A stretch of 64,000 nt of DNA from an uncultured delta proteobacterium (lineage in GTDB: Bacteria > Myxococcota > Myxococcia > Myxococcales > Myxococcaceae): assembly GCA_963713045.1 (NCBI GenBank), contig CAVQKE010000004.1:544001-608000 (forward strand), read 5' to 3'. Every line of letters starts with the position of its first letter. Within the stretch, counting starts at the first letter, position 1. Below the pieces are notes generated by a model. The model saw only the letters and a list, made by a program, of their open reading frames with translations, was not told the origin of the DNA and did no database searches. Shown here piece by piece: positions 1 through 10,900 of this stretch. The translations under genes were made by a program, and so were the position numbers.

Positions 1-408
1 GAGCAGCACAGAAAGGCTGCTCTCTGCCCTCAGCGCACGCACTGCAGTCAGGAGCCGGGAGCGCGAGCGAGAGAGGGCACGCGCGCGGTGGACCTCACGC
101 GTCAGCCGCCCGTCTTCGCCCTAGGTGGGGCCGCCTGACTGCTTCGGTGAGCAGCCCGCCTGCTCCGTTAAGGCTGGACGAACGTCTTCCCGAAGTCCGT
201 AGCCGACGATTCGGAGAATAGCCTCCTCGCCGTTTGCGCCGTTAGAATCATGAGGCCGTGCCGGGTGCTTTGGCCAGCTGCCCGGCTTCAGCCCGAAGGT
301 CTTGTCGGATCAAAGCTGGCACCCTTACCCCTGTACCAGTCTTCGCGCCTGAGGCAGTGACCAGACAACGGCCGCGGCGTCACGGAGTCGCCTCGGTGCA
401 AACTGACG

Positions 409-843
409 TCAAGCCTTCTGTGGTTCATGGACCACAAGCACATTGCGATCCGCGTGGTCAACAACCTTTGACGCGTTCGTGCCCAGGACACGGTCCCAAC
501 CGCTGTGGCCATGGCTGCCGATGACTATGAGGTCTGCTCGAATCTTTTCCGCGAAGGCGATAATCGCACGCCACGGCTGAACCATCGTCAGTTCGGGCGG
601 CTCGCAATCAATCCGCATATCCCTCCTAGCAAGCGTCGCCAAGAACTCGCGAGCCTCGTTTTCGAGGAAAGCCGGCAGAGGGTCTGGCGGCATGTGGGCG
701 GCGGCTGGGAAGTCCGCGGGCATGGAGACTGCTCGATATAAATGGACGCGTGCGTCGAAACGATTTGCAATCTGAAGAGCAGCATCGAGAACGCCCCGAG
801 ATCGGGCAGAGCCATCAATGGCTGCGAGCAGTACCGAGTACAT
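409..843 (-). CDS. Universal stress protein (UspA family)
   Basis: MYSVLLAAIDGS N-terminus and ADLIVIGSHGHSGWDRVLGTNASKVV...NVLVV C-terminal USP motif; ATG at 843 gives 144 aa. Confidence 0.92.
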   Translation of the reverse strand: MYSVLLAAIDGSARSRGVLDAALQIANRFDARVHLYRAVSMPADFPAAAHMPPDPLPAFLENEAREFLATLARRDMRIDCEPPELTMVQPWRAIIAFAEKIRADLIVIGSHGHSGWDRVLGTNASKVVDHADRNVLVVHEPQKA

Positions 844-1167
844 GGGGCGCACTATCGTGTACCCTCGTAGCTCGCGCACGTCGAGAAGAACTCTCCCACC
901 AACTCCAGAGGGCCGGCGCGGCGCCCGGTCTCCTGGGTGGCCGGCCGTGTCGGTACGCAAGCCAGCGAAACCTCTGAGCACGACGAAGCGACGGCGTATT
1001 GCGCGCGCAACTTCGATCACTGACCGACGGTGTGCGATGGCCACCTTTCCATGCACAAACGCACCAAGGGACGGATGAAGCCCCGTGCTGACTCGGCAGT
1101 CAGCTACCGCGCCCTGAGAAAAAGGCGACAGAATCGACTCGTTCCAGTCCGAAGAACAGGGTCAATC

Positions 1168-2622
1168 ATGTCACGTGGGAGCACTCAGGGCCGCCTCGCG
1201 CTGCGCGTACTCGCCTACTCCTTAGGCTGGGCTTGGGTGTTGGCATCGTCGGCATGCACGGTTGGGGCTGTCGGTCCGCAGCAACAAGACGGGCAGTGTG
1301 GCAGCGCAAACGGGGCCGTCGTAACGATGACCCCGTCCGTCAACCTGTGCTCTGACGGAGCGCCCTCCGCGGTCAGTGGCAGTGGGCCGTGGACCTGGAC
1401 GTGCGCGGGCGGACCAGGCGGCGAGGTAGCAAGTTGTTCAGCATCGGCGACTTCGACGACGAACACGGACGGCGGAATGACCGATGCCGGCGTGGACACA
1501 CTCCCGGCAGCGGGCAATCCGAATGGCTCATGCACGAGCATCTCCCTGCCCAGTGAAGCCCAACCAGCGGATACCAGCCATCCGAACACTGTGGTTGGAA
1601 CCGGTACGCCCGCCAGTTGTACCTTTGCTGCGTTAGCGAGTGCGGTTAGCGAAGGCGGAATCATCACCTTCAACTGCGGACCAGGCCTCGTCAGTATTCC
1701 GGTGACAGCGTCGCTGACGCCACCGACGTCCAATGCCTATGCAAATGAGGCCCCGATCAACACCGTCATCGATGGGGGAAACAGGATTACTCTCGATGGC
1801 GGACACGCGGTCCGAATCATCTCCTGGGTTCATCCCGGGAGCTGGCGAATCAACACCGACACCCTCACCTTGCAGCACATTCGACTCATCAACGGCAAGA
1901 CTACGCCCATCGACGCCATCCCGCCTTGCGCTCCGGACGGTGGCATCTCCAATACTCAATGCTCGCAAGGCTACGACGACGGCCAAGGTGGAGCTCTCTA
2001 CATGCAGGACGGTCTGCTGCGGGTGATTGACGTCACCTTCGCCAACAACCAAGCCGCTCTGCTTGGACCTGATACGGGTGGCGGCGCCATTTATCTTTAT
2101 GGAACCGCAAACGCGTCGTACGTCGTTCAGAGCACGTTCCAAAGCAATACCGCGAGCAATGCAGGCGCAATCGGAATGTTGTGGGCCGGTGCCTTCGTCT
2201 TCAACAGCTTGTTTGAGGGCAACAGCGCGGTCGGAACTGGTGCCAACAACAATGACCCCAGCCAGTGCACGTGTATGAACAACGGCCAAAACCAGGTCGG
2301 CTCGGGCGGCAACGGCGGGGCCATCTACAAGGACGGCGGGGACGCCGTTAACTTAACGATTTGCGGCACTCAGATTCGAAGCAACTCGGCGACCGAATTC
2401 GGCGCTGCGGTTTTCCTCACTGCCGACGGATCCTCGGCCAAGCTCGTTATTTACGATTCTCTCCTTACAAGTAATTCAAGTCCCATCGGCTATTGGAATT
2501 GGTGCGACGGAGTCTCAACCGACAACCCGCACCAGAGTGGTTCGACGAGCTGCTCCCCTTCCCCGGTCAATTCGACCTTCTGCGATACCGCGGGCAATTG
2601 CACAACTTCCTGCGGCTCATGA
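1168..2622 (+). CDS. Secreted/lipoprotein right-handed beta-helix protein with POMP-like GGAI/FxxN repeats
   Basis: Signal/lipobox-like LASSAC; repeated GGALY/GGAIY and FANN/FQSN/FEGN motifs; Cys-rich ends. Start chosen at ATG 1168 (frame open from 1030). Confidence 0.75.
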   Translation: MSRGSTQGRLALRVLAYSLGWAWVLASSACTVGAVGPQQQDGQCGSANGAVVTMTPSVNLCSDGAPSAVSGSGPWTWTCAGGPGGEVASCSASATSTTNTDGGMTDAGVDTLPAAGNPNGSCTSISLPSEAQPADTSHPNTVVGTGTPASCTFAALASAVSEGGIITFNCGPGLVSIPVTASLTPPTSNAYANEAPINTVIDGGNRITLDGGHAVRIISWVHPGSWRINTDTLTLQHIRLINGKTTPIDAIPPCAPDGGISNTQCSQGYDDGQGGALYMQDGLLRVIDVTFANNQAALLGPDTGGGAIYLYGTANASYVVQSTFQSNTASNAGAIGMLWAGAFVFNSLFEGNSAVGTGANNNDPSQCTCMNNGQNQVGSGGNGGAIYKDGGDAVNLTICGTQIRSNSATEFGAAVFLTADGSSAKLVIYDSLLTSNSSPIGYWNWCDGVSTDNPHQSGSTSCSPSPVNSTFCDTAGNCTTSCGS

Positions 2623-2755
2623 CCCTCGACCGATTGAGGTGGCTTAGACGGTCGAGGCCCGCGGACCTCTCCCGAGAATAGCGACTGACCAGGACTGTCG
2701 TCGACGTAGAGCGACGTGCGTGGAGGGTCCTCATCGGCCGAGACCTCTTTGGACG

Positions 2756-3364
2756 TCAGCACGCGTAGAGAGTTTGGATGCCGGTGAGAGCTTCCCAGAG
2801 CGCCCTTGACATCCGTCCGCACGCGGCCGTTGCCCGTTCGCGGTCAACGTCAGTCATCTCGGCTAGTCTTCTCTCAAGAAGTGCTTCCTCTCCCGTCTCG
2901 CAGCTGTGGGCTTGGAAGTAAGGCCTCACGCCAGGAGGGAGCCACGCGTAGTGGGTGCCCAGGCCTACCAGTTTGGAATGGGCTGTCGATGGCTGCTGCA
3001 CTTCGAAAGCATAGAGCGCACCGGCGGCAGAAGCCGGAGTTGCGAATGAATGAATCGCCTCGTCGACAAGAGCCCGCACAGCGCTAACCCGAGGGCTCGC
3101 TGCGATCGCGGTACCTAGCGTCCGAGCGAAGTCACTCCAAAGTTCCACGTGGTGGCGTTCTATCGCCGCACCCTCGAATTCGCCAAGAGTCGTCCATCCA
3201 CGATCGAGCACGGAAATGAACGCTCCGTACTCCCGGGCATATGTCGCGAGCGCTTCAACCGGTAGCCGGCCGGCACTCCACGCTTTGTAAAAGGGATGTC
3301 CGAGCAGGTCAAAATCGCGGATTGTCCCGCGCATGGTCTGTAGAGTCGTTTCGAGTCTGGTCAT
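2756..3364 (-). CDS. Heme-oxygenase-like diiron protein, CADD/PqqC/TenA superfamily
   Basis: LLGHPFYKAWSAG, YAREY, ExxHxxLWxxF, ALYAFExQ, SKLxGL, YFxxH motifs. Confidence 0.85.
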   Translation of the reverse strand: MTRLETTLQTMRGTIRDFDLLGHPFYKAWSAGRLPVEALATYAREYGAFISVLDRGWTTLGEFEGAAIERHHVELWSDFARTLGTAIAASPRVSAVRALVDEAIHSFATPASAAGALYAFEVQQPSTAHSKLVGLGTHYAWLPPGVRPYFQAHSCETGEEALLERRLAEMTDVDRERATAACGRMSRALWEALTGIQTLYAC

Positions 3365-3501
3365 TTTCTTAGCCTCTGGGTCAACGCCGAGACGCGGTAT
3401 ACAGTCTCCGGCGGCTCACCCAATGACGATTGTCTCGCCCTTCTAGGTCACGTCATCAGGCTCCTCAACCCGCCTCCAGGTCCCCCAACTTTCTATTGAG
3501 T

Positions 3502-3840
3502 CTAAGGCGGGGCGCCATGTGATTGCGCTGCGACGCAGGTGTTTGAGCCCTCCTGACACATCACGATGTAGATGTCCTTCTTGCCGCATCCCTCGACGCC
3601 GACGGTGTACTCGAGCCGCGTGACACCGGAACCGACCCAGCGGCCACTCACTGCCGGCTGGATGTAATCGCTGGAGAGTACCTCGGCAGTCGCAGTTGGA
3701 CAGCTGAGATCGAAACGACCCCGGGCCAAGGCTGTCTCCGTCGCCGTCGGCGCTTGCGCAGCGAGTTGGGAACTGGTGCTCGCACACGCTGCTGCACCAA
3801 ATAAGCCCACCCACATGAACAACCTAAGCAACTTTTTCAT
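3502..3840 (-). CDS. Small Cys-containing lipoprotein, unknown function
   Basis: GGAGG RBS, MKKLLR..hydrophobic..AAAC lipobox, four further Cys. Confidence 0.8.
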   Translation of the reverse strand: MKKLLRLFMWVGLFGAAACASTSSQLAAQAPTATETALARGRFDLSCPTATAEVLSSDYIQPAVSGRWVGSGVTRLEYTVGVEGCGKKDIYIVMCQEGSNTCVAAQSHGAPP

Positions 3841-4203
3841 GGCGGTTCCCTCCCCGAAGCGCTCCTGCCAGGACTTGGTCAGAAGAGAGCATCGGAGCCG
3901 CACTGTCAACCGAGAATAGTTCGGCGATCGCCTCACGCGCCGTCTCAAGTCAGAGAACCGTGCCCGACTGATTCAACGCGAGTCGCCTCTTAATGAAGAG
4001 CCTTGAGCCCTAGCATCCTCCGACGGTCGTGTTGGAGCCTCTGTGACCTTGGGTGTTCGCAACTTGCAATCTGGAATTTGGGCGACGCTTCCCCGCGTGT
4101 TGCCTGTCGGACTCTGTCGAGGAAAAATCCCGCGCCAGCTCCAACCAGTCATGGAGAGGCTAACGTTTGGAGCCATGCGGGTTAGTCACCGTTGCGCCAA
4201 GTG

Positions 4204-4623
4204 CTAGTGGCTGGTGAGTAAAATGCGATCTGGGAGAGATTCACCTCGGCTGTGCATACTCCGCCGAATTTCGCCCAGCGGCAGGTGAAGTGCCTCCCGT
4301 CGACTGTGCTGCGACAGTGCGACCAACTGGCCACGGACGTCGAGCGCCTTCGTTAGAATTTCTTCGACTTGCGGCGCGAGCAGCTTTCGCTCAATTGCCC
4401 TGCTGGTGTCCTGTTGCCAGTTGAGAGCTTGACTTCCCAAGGCTACGAGAACGTCAGCGAGCGCATACGGCTCGTCCGGACTCTCGAGAGAAAAGAGATC
4501 CGAGGGTAGTCTGTCAAGTTTGGCTCGCAAATCCCTGAGCGCTCGATGAAGCTCTGTCAGGTGCGCGGACGAGCGAGTCTTCTCCAAGAACCAATCAAGC
4601 CCGGTGCGCAGAATCGGGTCCAT
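4204..4623 (-). CDS. Hypothetical helical protein, possibly the 3' remnant of a longer gene
   Basis: 139-aa ORF with protein-like composition; frame stays open upstream to ~4797 without a start codon. Confidence 0.45.
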   Translation of the reverse strand: MDPILRTGLDWFLEKTRSSAHLTELHRALRDLRAKLDRLPSDLFSLESPDEPYALADVLVALGSQALNWQQDTSRAIERKLLAPQVEEILTKALDVRGQLVALSQHSRREALHLPLGEIRRSMHSRGESLPDRILLTSH

Positions 4624-4945
4624 CCGCCAAAAAGATGGCGACGGGTCCCACTTGAGGCAAGACCCTGCAGGGCACTTCCAGAGATAGAAGCCGGAAAGCC
4701 ATTGATATTTTCCGTCTTCGCTGAATCCAAGAGCGCATCGAGTGGGCCCACTCCACCGGCAAACACGTGTGGTGGACTCTGCTCGAGCTGCTTCACGTCA
4801 ACTGAATCCCCCAGCTCGCGCGCCCAGAGAACAGCCTGCGATGACCTGTTAGGGACCACTCCGGGGTGGCCTCCGGCTCAGCTGCGTTTTGAGCGGACAG
4901 GTGGGGCTGGGAGTCGGCCAAGTGCGTCCGCGCCGCGTGGATAGT

Positions 4946-7900
4946 TCACCGCCCATTTGCGTGGCCGCCGGATAGGCGCTCATCCACTGAACGGAGGCCG
5001 CCTAGGACGTCTCGCGCGTCCGCTATCCCTTCCCCGCCGGCTTGGCTGCTAGTCGTGCCGCCCAGCGCGAGGCGAACCGAATGGCGAGCGCCGTCTTCGA
5101 CCAATGGTATGCGCCGGGCATCAACCGGGACGCCATCGAGAAAGGCGTTACGGATGCCTTGGCACCGGCTTTCAGGGTTATCAACGGCAATCTCGTAATG
5201 CGTTTGCCCAATTCGCCACTCGATGGTGTAGCTCGGCCACGACGATGGAATGCACGGGCTGACCTCGAAGGTCGAGCCATGGCGGCGCAGGCCGAGAATG
5301 TTCTCGAGGCCAACGCGGTACATCCACCCCGCTGCTCCGGTGTACCAAGTCCAGCCGCATCGGCCGACGTGATCGGAGTGGGCCAATACGTCTCCTGCGA
5401 TCGCGTAGGGTTCTCCTTTGTAGCGCTCAACATCCGAGGCCAACCGCGTGCGGTTCAACGGATTGAGCATATGGAAAAGCTCTGCCGCCTCGTCGCCGTT
5501 CCCGAGCTCCGCCAGTGCCATAACGGCCCACACCGCAGCATGGGTGTACTGGCCCCCGTTCTCGCGAATTCCCGGAGGGTAGCTTTTGATGTACCCGGGG
5601 TCTTGTGCCGTGTGATCAAACGGGGGCGCAAGCAAGGCGAGAAGTCTTGAAGCACGGCGCAAGAGGTGGGTGCGCACGCCATCCATTGCCTGCTCAGCAA
5701 ACTTTCTCGGCACGGCTCCTGAGAGCACAGCCCAGGACTGAGCGAGGGAGTCGATTTTGCCCTCATCGCACTGAGCGGATCCGAGCGGGCTGCCATCGTC
5801 GTAGTAGCCCCGGAGGTACCACTCGCCGTCCCACGTGAGTTGGAGCGCCGTCGCCAGGCGTGCAGCCTCCTGACGAAATCGTTCTGCTCGAGGCCGTTCA
5901 TCGCGGCTCTCGCAGAGTCGTGCCATGTCGGTGAGAATGCCCTGGAGAAAAAATCCGACCCAGGTGCTCTCGCCCCGGCCTCCCCGACCGACTCGATTGT
6001 ACCCGTCATTCCAATCGCCGCTGCCCATCAGCGGAAGCCCATGGGCTCCACTCGTCAGTGCGCGCTCCACTGCCCTGAGGCAATGGTCGAACAGGGATGC
6101 AGTCTGGGTGGAGCTCTGTGGATGGCCATATGACTCCTGGGCGTCAGGCGCGAGCGGTGGTCCTTCCAAAAAGCCAACCGTCTCATCAAGTACCGCAGCG
6201 TCGCCGGTAGAGTCCACGTAATGAATGGCCGCCTTTGGGAGCCAGAGCAAATCATCCGAGCAGCGGGTGCGGACGCCGCCACCGCTAGACTCATGCCACC
6301 AATGCTGGACGTCACCTTCAATAAACTGTCGCCCAGCCGCTCGTAGCAGGTGCTCTCGAAGCAAATCAGGCCGCGCTTGCGCCAGAGCCATTGCGTCCTG
6401 CAGCTGGTCCCGGAAACCAAAAGCTCCTCCCGGTTGGTAATAGCCGGAACGCGCCCACATTCGACAGCTGAGGGCCTGGTATAAGAGCCATTGATTTAGA
6501 AGGTAGTCGAAAGAGTCATCGGGCGTGTGCACCTGGATGCCGTGAAGAGCGGTGTTCCAGGATTTCTGGACGGCCGCCAACTCTGCCTCCGCTGCCGCGA
6601 CGGATGCGGAGCGAAGTGCGAGGGCCTGGGCTTCATCATGGCTGCGTCCTTGCCCGAGGACAAACACGAGCTTCTGCGACTCGGCCGGCGCAAGGGACAC
6701 GGAAACGTGAAGGACCGCGCAAGGGTCCAGCCCGGCTCCGAAACGACCAGACAGCTGACGGTGACCGAGACCAGCCGGGCGAGCGAGAGTCCCATTTCGT
6801 CCAATGAAACTGCAGCGATCGCCGGTTGCCGAGATAAGCTGCTGACTAGCAGCGGCAAAGGCGACTCGCCCCGGAAACTCCCCGTTGTACGGGTTTCGGG
6901 CAAAAACAGCCTTGCCTGCGCTTTCCAACTCCGTCATGACGCCCAGCTGAATTCCAGCCACAGGCGGACCCAGGGCCCACGCATTGTAGAAAAAAAGGCT
7001 CAGCCGGCGGGGTGCGTCGCTGTCATTTGTCAGGCTGACTAGGCAGAACTTCGTCGGGTCGCGCTCCGCGACGAAAACATCGAGTTGATGGCGAATCCCC
7101 CGCGTTGCTCCTGAAAATATGGTGCGCCCTGGCGCGTGGCGAATGACGTGCCGGCCGCCGCTCCCAGTTCGACAAAGTCGGCCTGGAGTCAGAGACCAGG
7201 CGTCCCCGCTGCCCTCATCGCGAACGAGAAGGGCCTCACTGGTCGGGTCGGTCACTGGGTCATTGGCAAACGGAGTTAACCGGTTCTGACGACTGTTCTC
7301 AGACCATGTAAAGGCAGAGCCGGACGTCGTGACGATGGTCCCGAAATTTGGATTTGCGAGAATATTGACCCATGGCAGCGGGGTTTCCTGGTCCCCTTCG
7401 AGCACCACCGTGTATTCGCGACCCCCATCCGCGAAGCCGCCAATTCCATTACCCATCGTTACGGTGGGCACCGAAACGGCGGCGTCGTCCGTACCGAACC
7501 TTGGCCTCGCCCGCCGCGACCCGGAGGCCACGAAGTGCGCGGCTTCAGGAAAGACCTGCTCTGGTCGGCCCAGCTGAGCGGCTAAGGTTCCTCGCTCTCC
7601 GCTGAGGACCGCTCGGGCCATGCTCGCGATGACAATCCGCTCCTCTCGCGAAATGCGGTCGGCTCTCAGCAAGTACGCCCCACCTGGGCGGTCCTTCCAG
7701 CTGCGCCAACTCCCCTCCTCCAGGACCCCGAGCAATTGCGCGTGCACTTCGTCGAGGTATCCGAGCGGCTGCTCGTTCATGATGACCAGATCCGCGGTCA
7801 AGCCTTTGAGTCGCCAATATTCTTGAGCGAGCAGCGTCTCCCGAACCAGCCCTGCGTCCTCCGGTTGAACGACTCGGACCAACAGAATTGGGTTGTCACC

Positions 7901-10900
7901 CGAGATCCCATGGTGCCACAACCCCTCCTGCCCCAGCGTATTTGAAGCTCGCAACTCCGGAGCAGCTCGCAGCGAACCATCTTCGTACAGCACCCGCGAC
8001 GCTAGCCGTTCAAAACGCGTCGCTTCTTCCTCTGAAATGTTCAAATGGCGGAAGGTACTGAGTGCGCGTGCCGAGGCAAGAGCGAACGTTCGACTTGCTG
8101 CAGCTTGCTGATGGTACTTCTGCGCCAGTGCACAGGCCGCTTCTCGGCTTGTCGTGACGCCGGTGCAAAACGAAAGACGAATGATCGCGCCCGGCGGCAA
8201 GCGAACCCGTTGCCGCAGACTGAGGATCGGGTCGAGCGGGACGCCAGTCGTACACGACAAGGCCCTGCCATCCATGGCTTGTGCTTCTTCCGGACCCCGG
8301 CCGCGGCCAAGGAATCTTAGTCGGTCAGTTTCCCACTCCACCGGACCCTGCGTCCGACCTTCCTGGCTCAACACATGCACCGCCCAAAGTTCCGGGTCCT
8401 CTGGCGCACGCGATCTCCGCCGGCAGATAAGAGCCGCACTTTCGGGCAGATATTCCGTTTCAAGGAAGAGCTTGGCGAACACTGGATGTGCCAATTGGTC
8501 TGTCAATGAAGCCAGCACCAGTTCAACGTAGCTCGTGACTTCAATCTCACGTGTTCGATCGCCGTGATTGCTAATCGACACCCGGCGTACTTCGACGTCG
8601 TCCTCGGTCGAAACAGCGATGTCGAGTTGGGTGCTGACGTCCTCGTCGCGTCGACGGAAGGTCGCCCTCTCCGGGACGAAAGTGACAAGGTACTCTTCTG
8701 AGTCCCGACCGACGGGGTGATGCGTCGCACTCCAAAGTAAGCCGCTGCGAACGTCGCGCAGATAAATGAACTGGCCGCCGGGGTCCTGGGTCGGGTCTTC
8801 CCGGCGTGGAGTGACCGCCAGGCCCCGCCAGAGACTTGCTCCTCCTCCCGCGTTCGTCACGACCACAGCATAGCGACCGTTGGAAAGAAACTGAGCGTGG
8901 GGAAAGCGGGTGTGCGGGGAGCGAAAGCGACGCACGGAAACTGCCGGGACCGAAGCGCTTCTCGTCTCTTCCGCCGGGCTCGGTGGTGAAATCGGTGCCG
9001 AACGGGGTACCCTTTCTTGAAGGAGGAGTTCGGTCGCTTGGATTTGCGGATTGGCATGAAAGCGTTTCACCATCCGGTCCCCCAGGAGAGTGTTCGCCAG
9101 AGCCACGAGTGTCATCCCCTGGTGGTGCGCGAGGAACGTCCGCACGACCACTCCTTTTTGCAGCGCCGACGCGCGCCCTTCATCCCCAGGTCGCTCGTCC
9201 ACGCCCAGATGCGTGTAGTCAATCGCGTCGTAAAAGCCGTAAGTGCCGCAAACGCCAGCATCCGACAGTCGGCGTAAGTTTCGCGTCGCCTTCCTCGGTT
9301 CAAGCACGGATGCGAGCGCCGTTGCGTACGGGGCAACGACAAGTTCCTCACCGAGGCCGCGCTTGAGGCCCAATCCTGGAACACCAAACGCCTTGTATTG
9401 GTAGTTGTTATTACGATCGACAAGGTTGTAGGCCGATTCAGAAATGCCCCAAGGAACTCCGCATTCACGTCCGAAATCCACCTGACGGCGGACTGCCATT
9501 CGACAGCTCAAGTCGAGGAGGGTCCCCGGATAACTTCTCATCATGAGCAGTGGCAACAGGTACTCGAACAACGTCCCACTCCAAGAAAGCAACGTGGGTC
9601 GGCCGTCGACGCTCGTCAGCAATCGCGCAAGATGGAACCAGTGTGCTTCTCGAACATCGCCTTTGGCGATGGCGATAAAGCTCGCCAACCGCGCCTCGGA
9701 GGCCAGTAAGTCGTAGTGAGAGGTGTCCAGCCTCCCGGGACCTTCGGCGTCGGCAAGGCGATAGCCGATCGCAAACAACTGAAGTTGTGAGTCGTAAAGG
9801 AACTTGAAATTCATCCGAGTGGCAAGGGTCAGGCAGCGGCGCGAGAGATTCTCCAACCGCTCGCCGAAGCTTCCTTGCGGTTCGAGTGCGGTGGCCGCCG
9901 CCGACGCGAGGCGTCGGCCCCAAAACGCCAACTCGGCCACACTTCCTTTGGCGGACGACTCGATAGCCCTGGCCGCAGTTTCGAGGCGTGGCAGCTCAGC
10001 CCGAAGCTGGGTCAGCCTGACCTCGGGAGCCAGGTCCCCGCCAAGCAAATGCTCTACTCTTGTTGCTTCGGTGACGATGCGCTCCTGAAGAGGTCTCTCG
10101 GCGCCGTCGGCGGCTCGTTCCGTGTAGGATTCCCTGACCAGCGCCGCCACGTCGGCAAGGCCCGAGCACAACATCGATGCCGGCTGGGGCCCGTCCTTGA
10201 GTTCCCGGAGTCCTTCAGCAAGCGTCAGCAGCGCTGCGACTAGGTTGCCGCTGTCAACAGTCGAAACGTATGCGGGAGTAAGCGGCGCCAGTGTCTGCGT
10301 GTCGTACCAATTCAGCAGGTGGCCTTCATGTTGCTCGAGGCTTTCAATGGTCGTGAGTGTTGCTTCGAGCCGGTCAACCATCTCGCGCGTTCGAATGAAC
10401 CCGAGGTCATGCGCCGCTAAGGCGGAGAGCAATGCCATCCCGATGTTGGTGGGTGAAGTTCGCGGCGCAACTCTCGCTTGAGGTGCCTCTTGGAAATTGT
10501 CCGGTGGGAGGCGATGGTGCGCGGCAGAGTCAAAGTCTTCGAAGTACCGCCACGTCCTCCGTGCCAGCTGACGGAGATATTTGTAGTCCTCCGGCGACAG
10601 CGACTCCCGCTCCTCCCTCTTCGGACGACTCAGTACGTACGCAATTAACGGCGCAAGCGCCCACAGAAGTAAGATGGGAATAGCCGCAGGCAGTGCACGC
10701 GGGCGCAGGGTGCCAACCAAAAGAGCTCCGAGCAAAGCAATTACTGGACTCGCCAACATCTCGGCCCAGAACGCGCGAACGCCGGCTTTGAGCTCGAGCC
10801 CTGCTGCTTTCGCAGCACTGGCGGCGGCCGTTTCCCATTGCAGCAACCGTCGCTGGGTTACGGCGAGCCGAATGAGCGTGGTGACGGTCGCGTTCGCCAT

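Noticed and set aside
1988..1995. GTGGAGCT match to the tRNA-Ala 3' end as a possible att site (also near 6108)
   Set aside because: Only 8 nt and inside coding sequence; expected by chance
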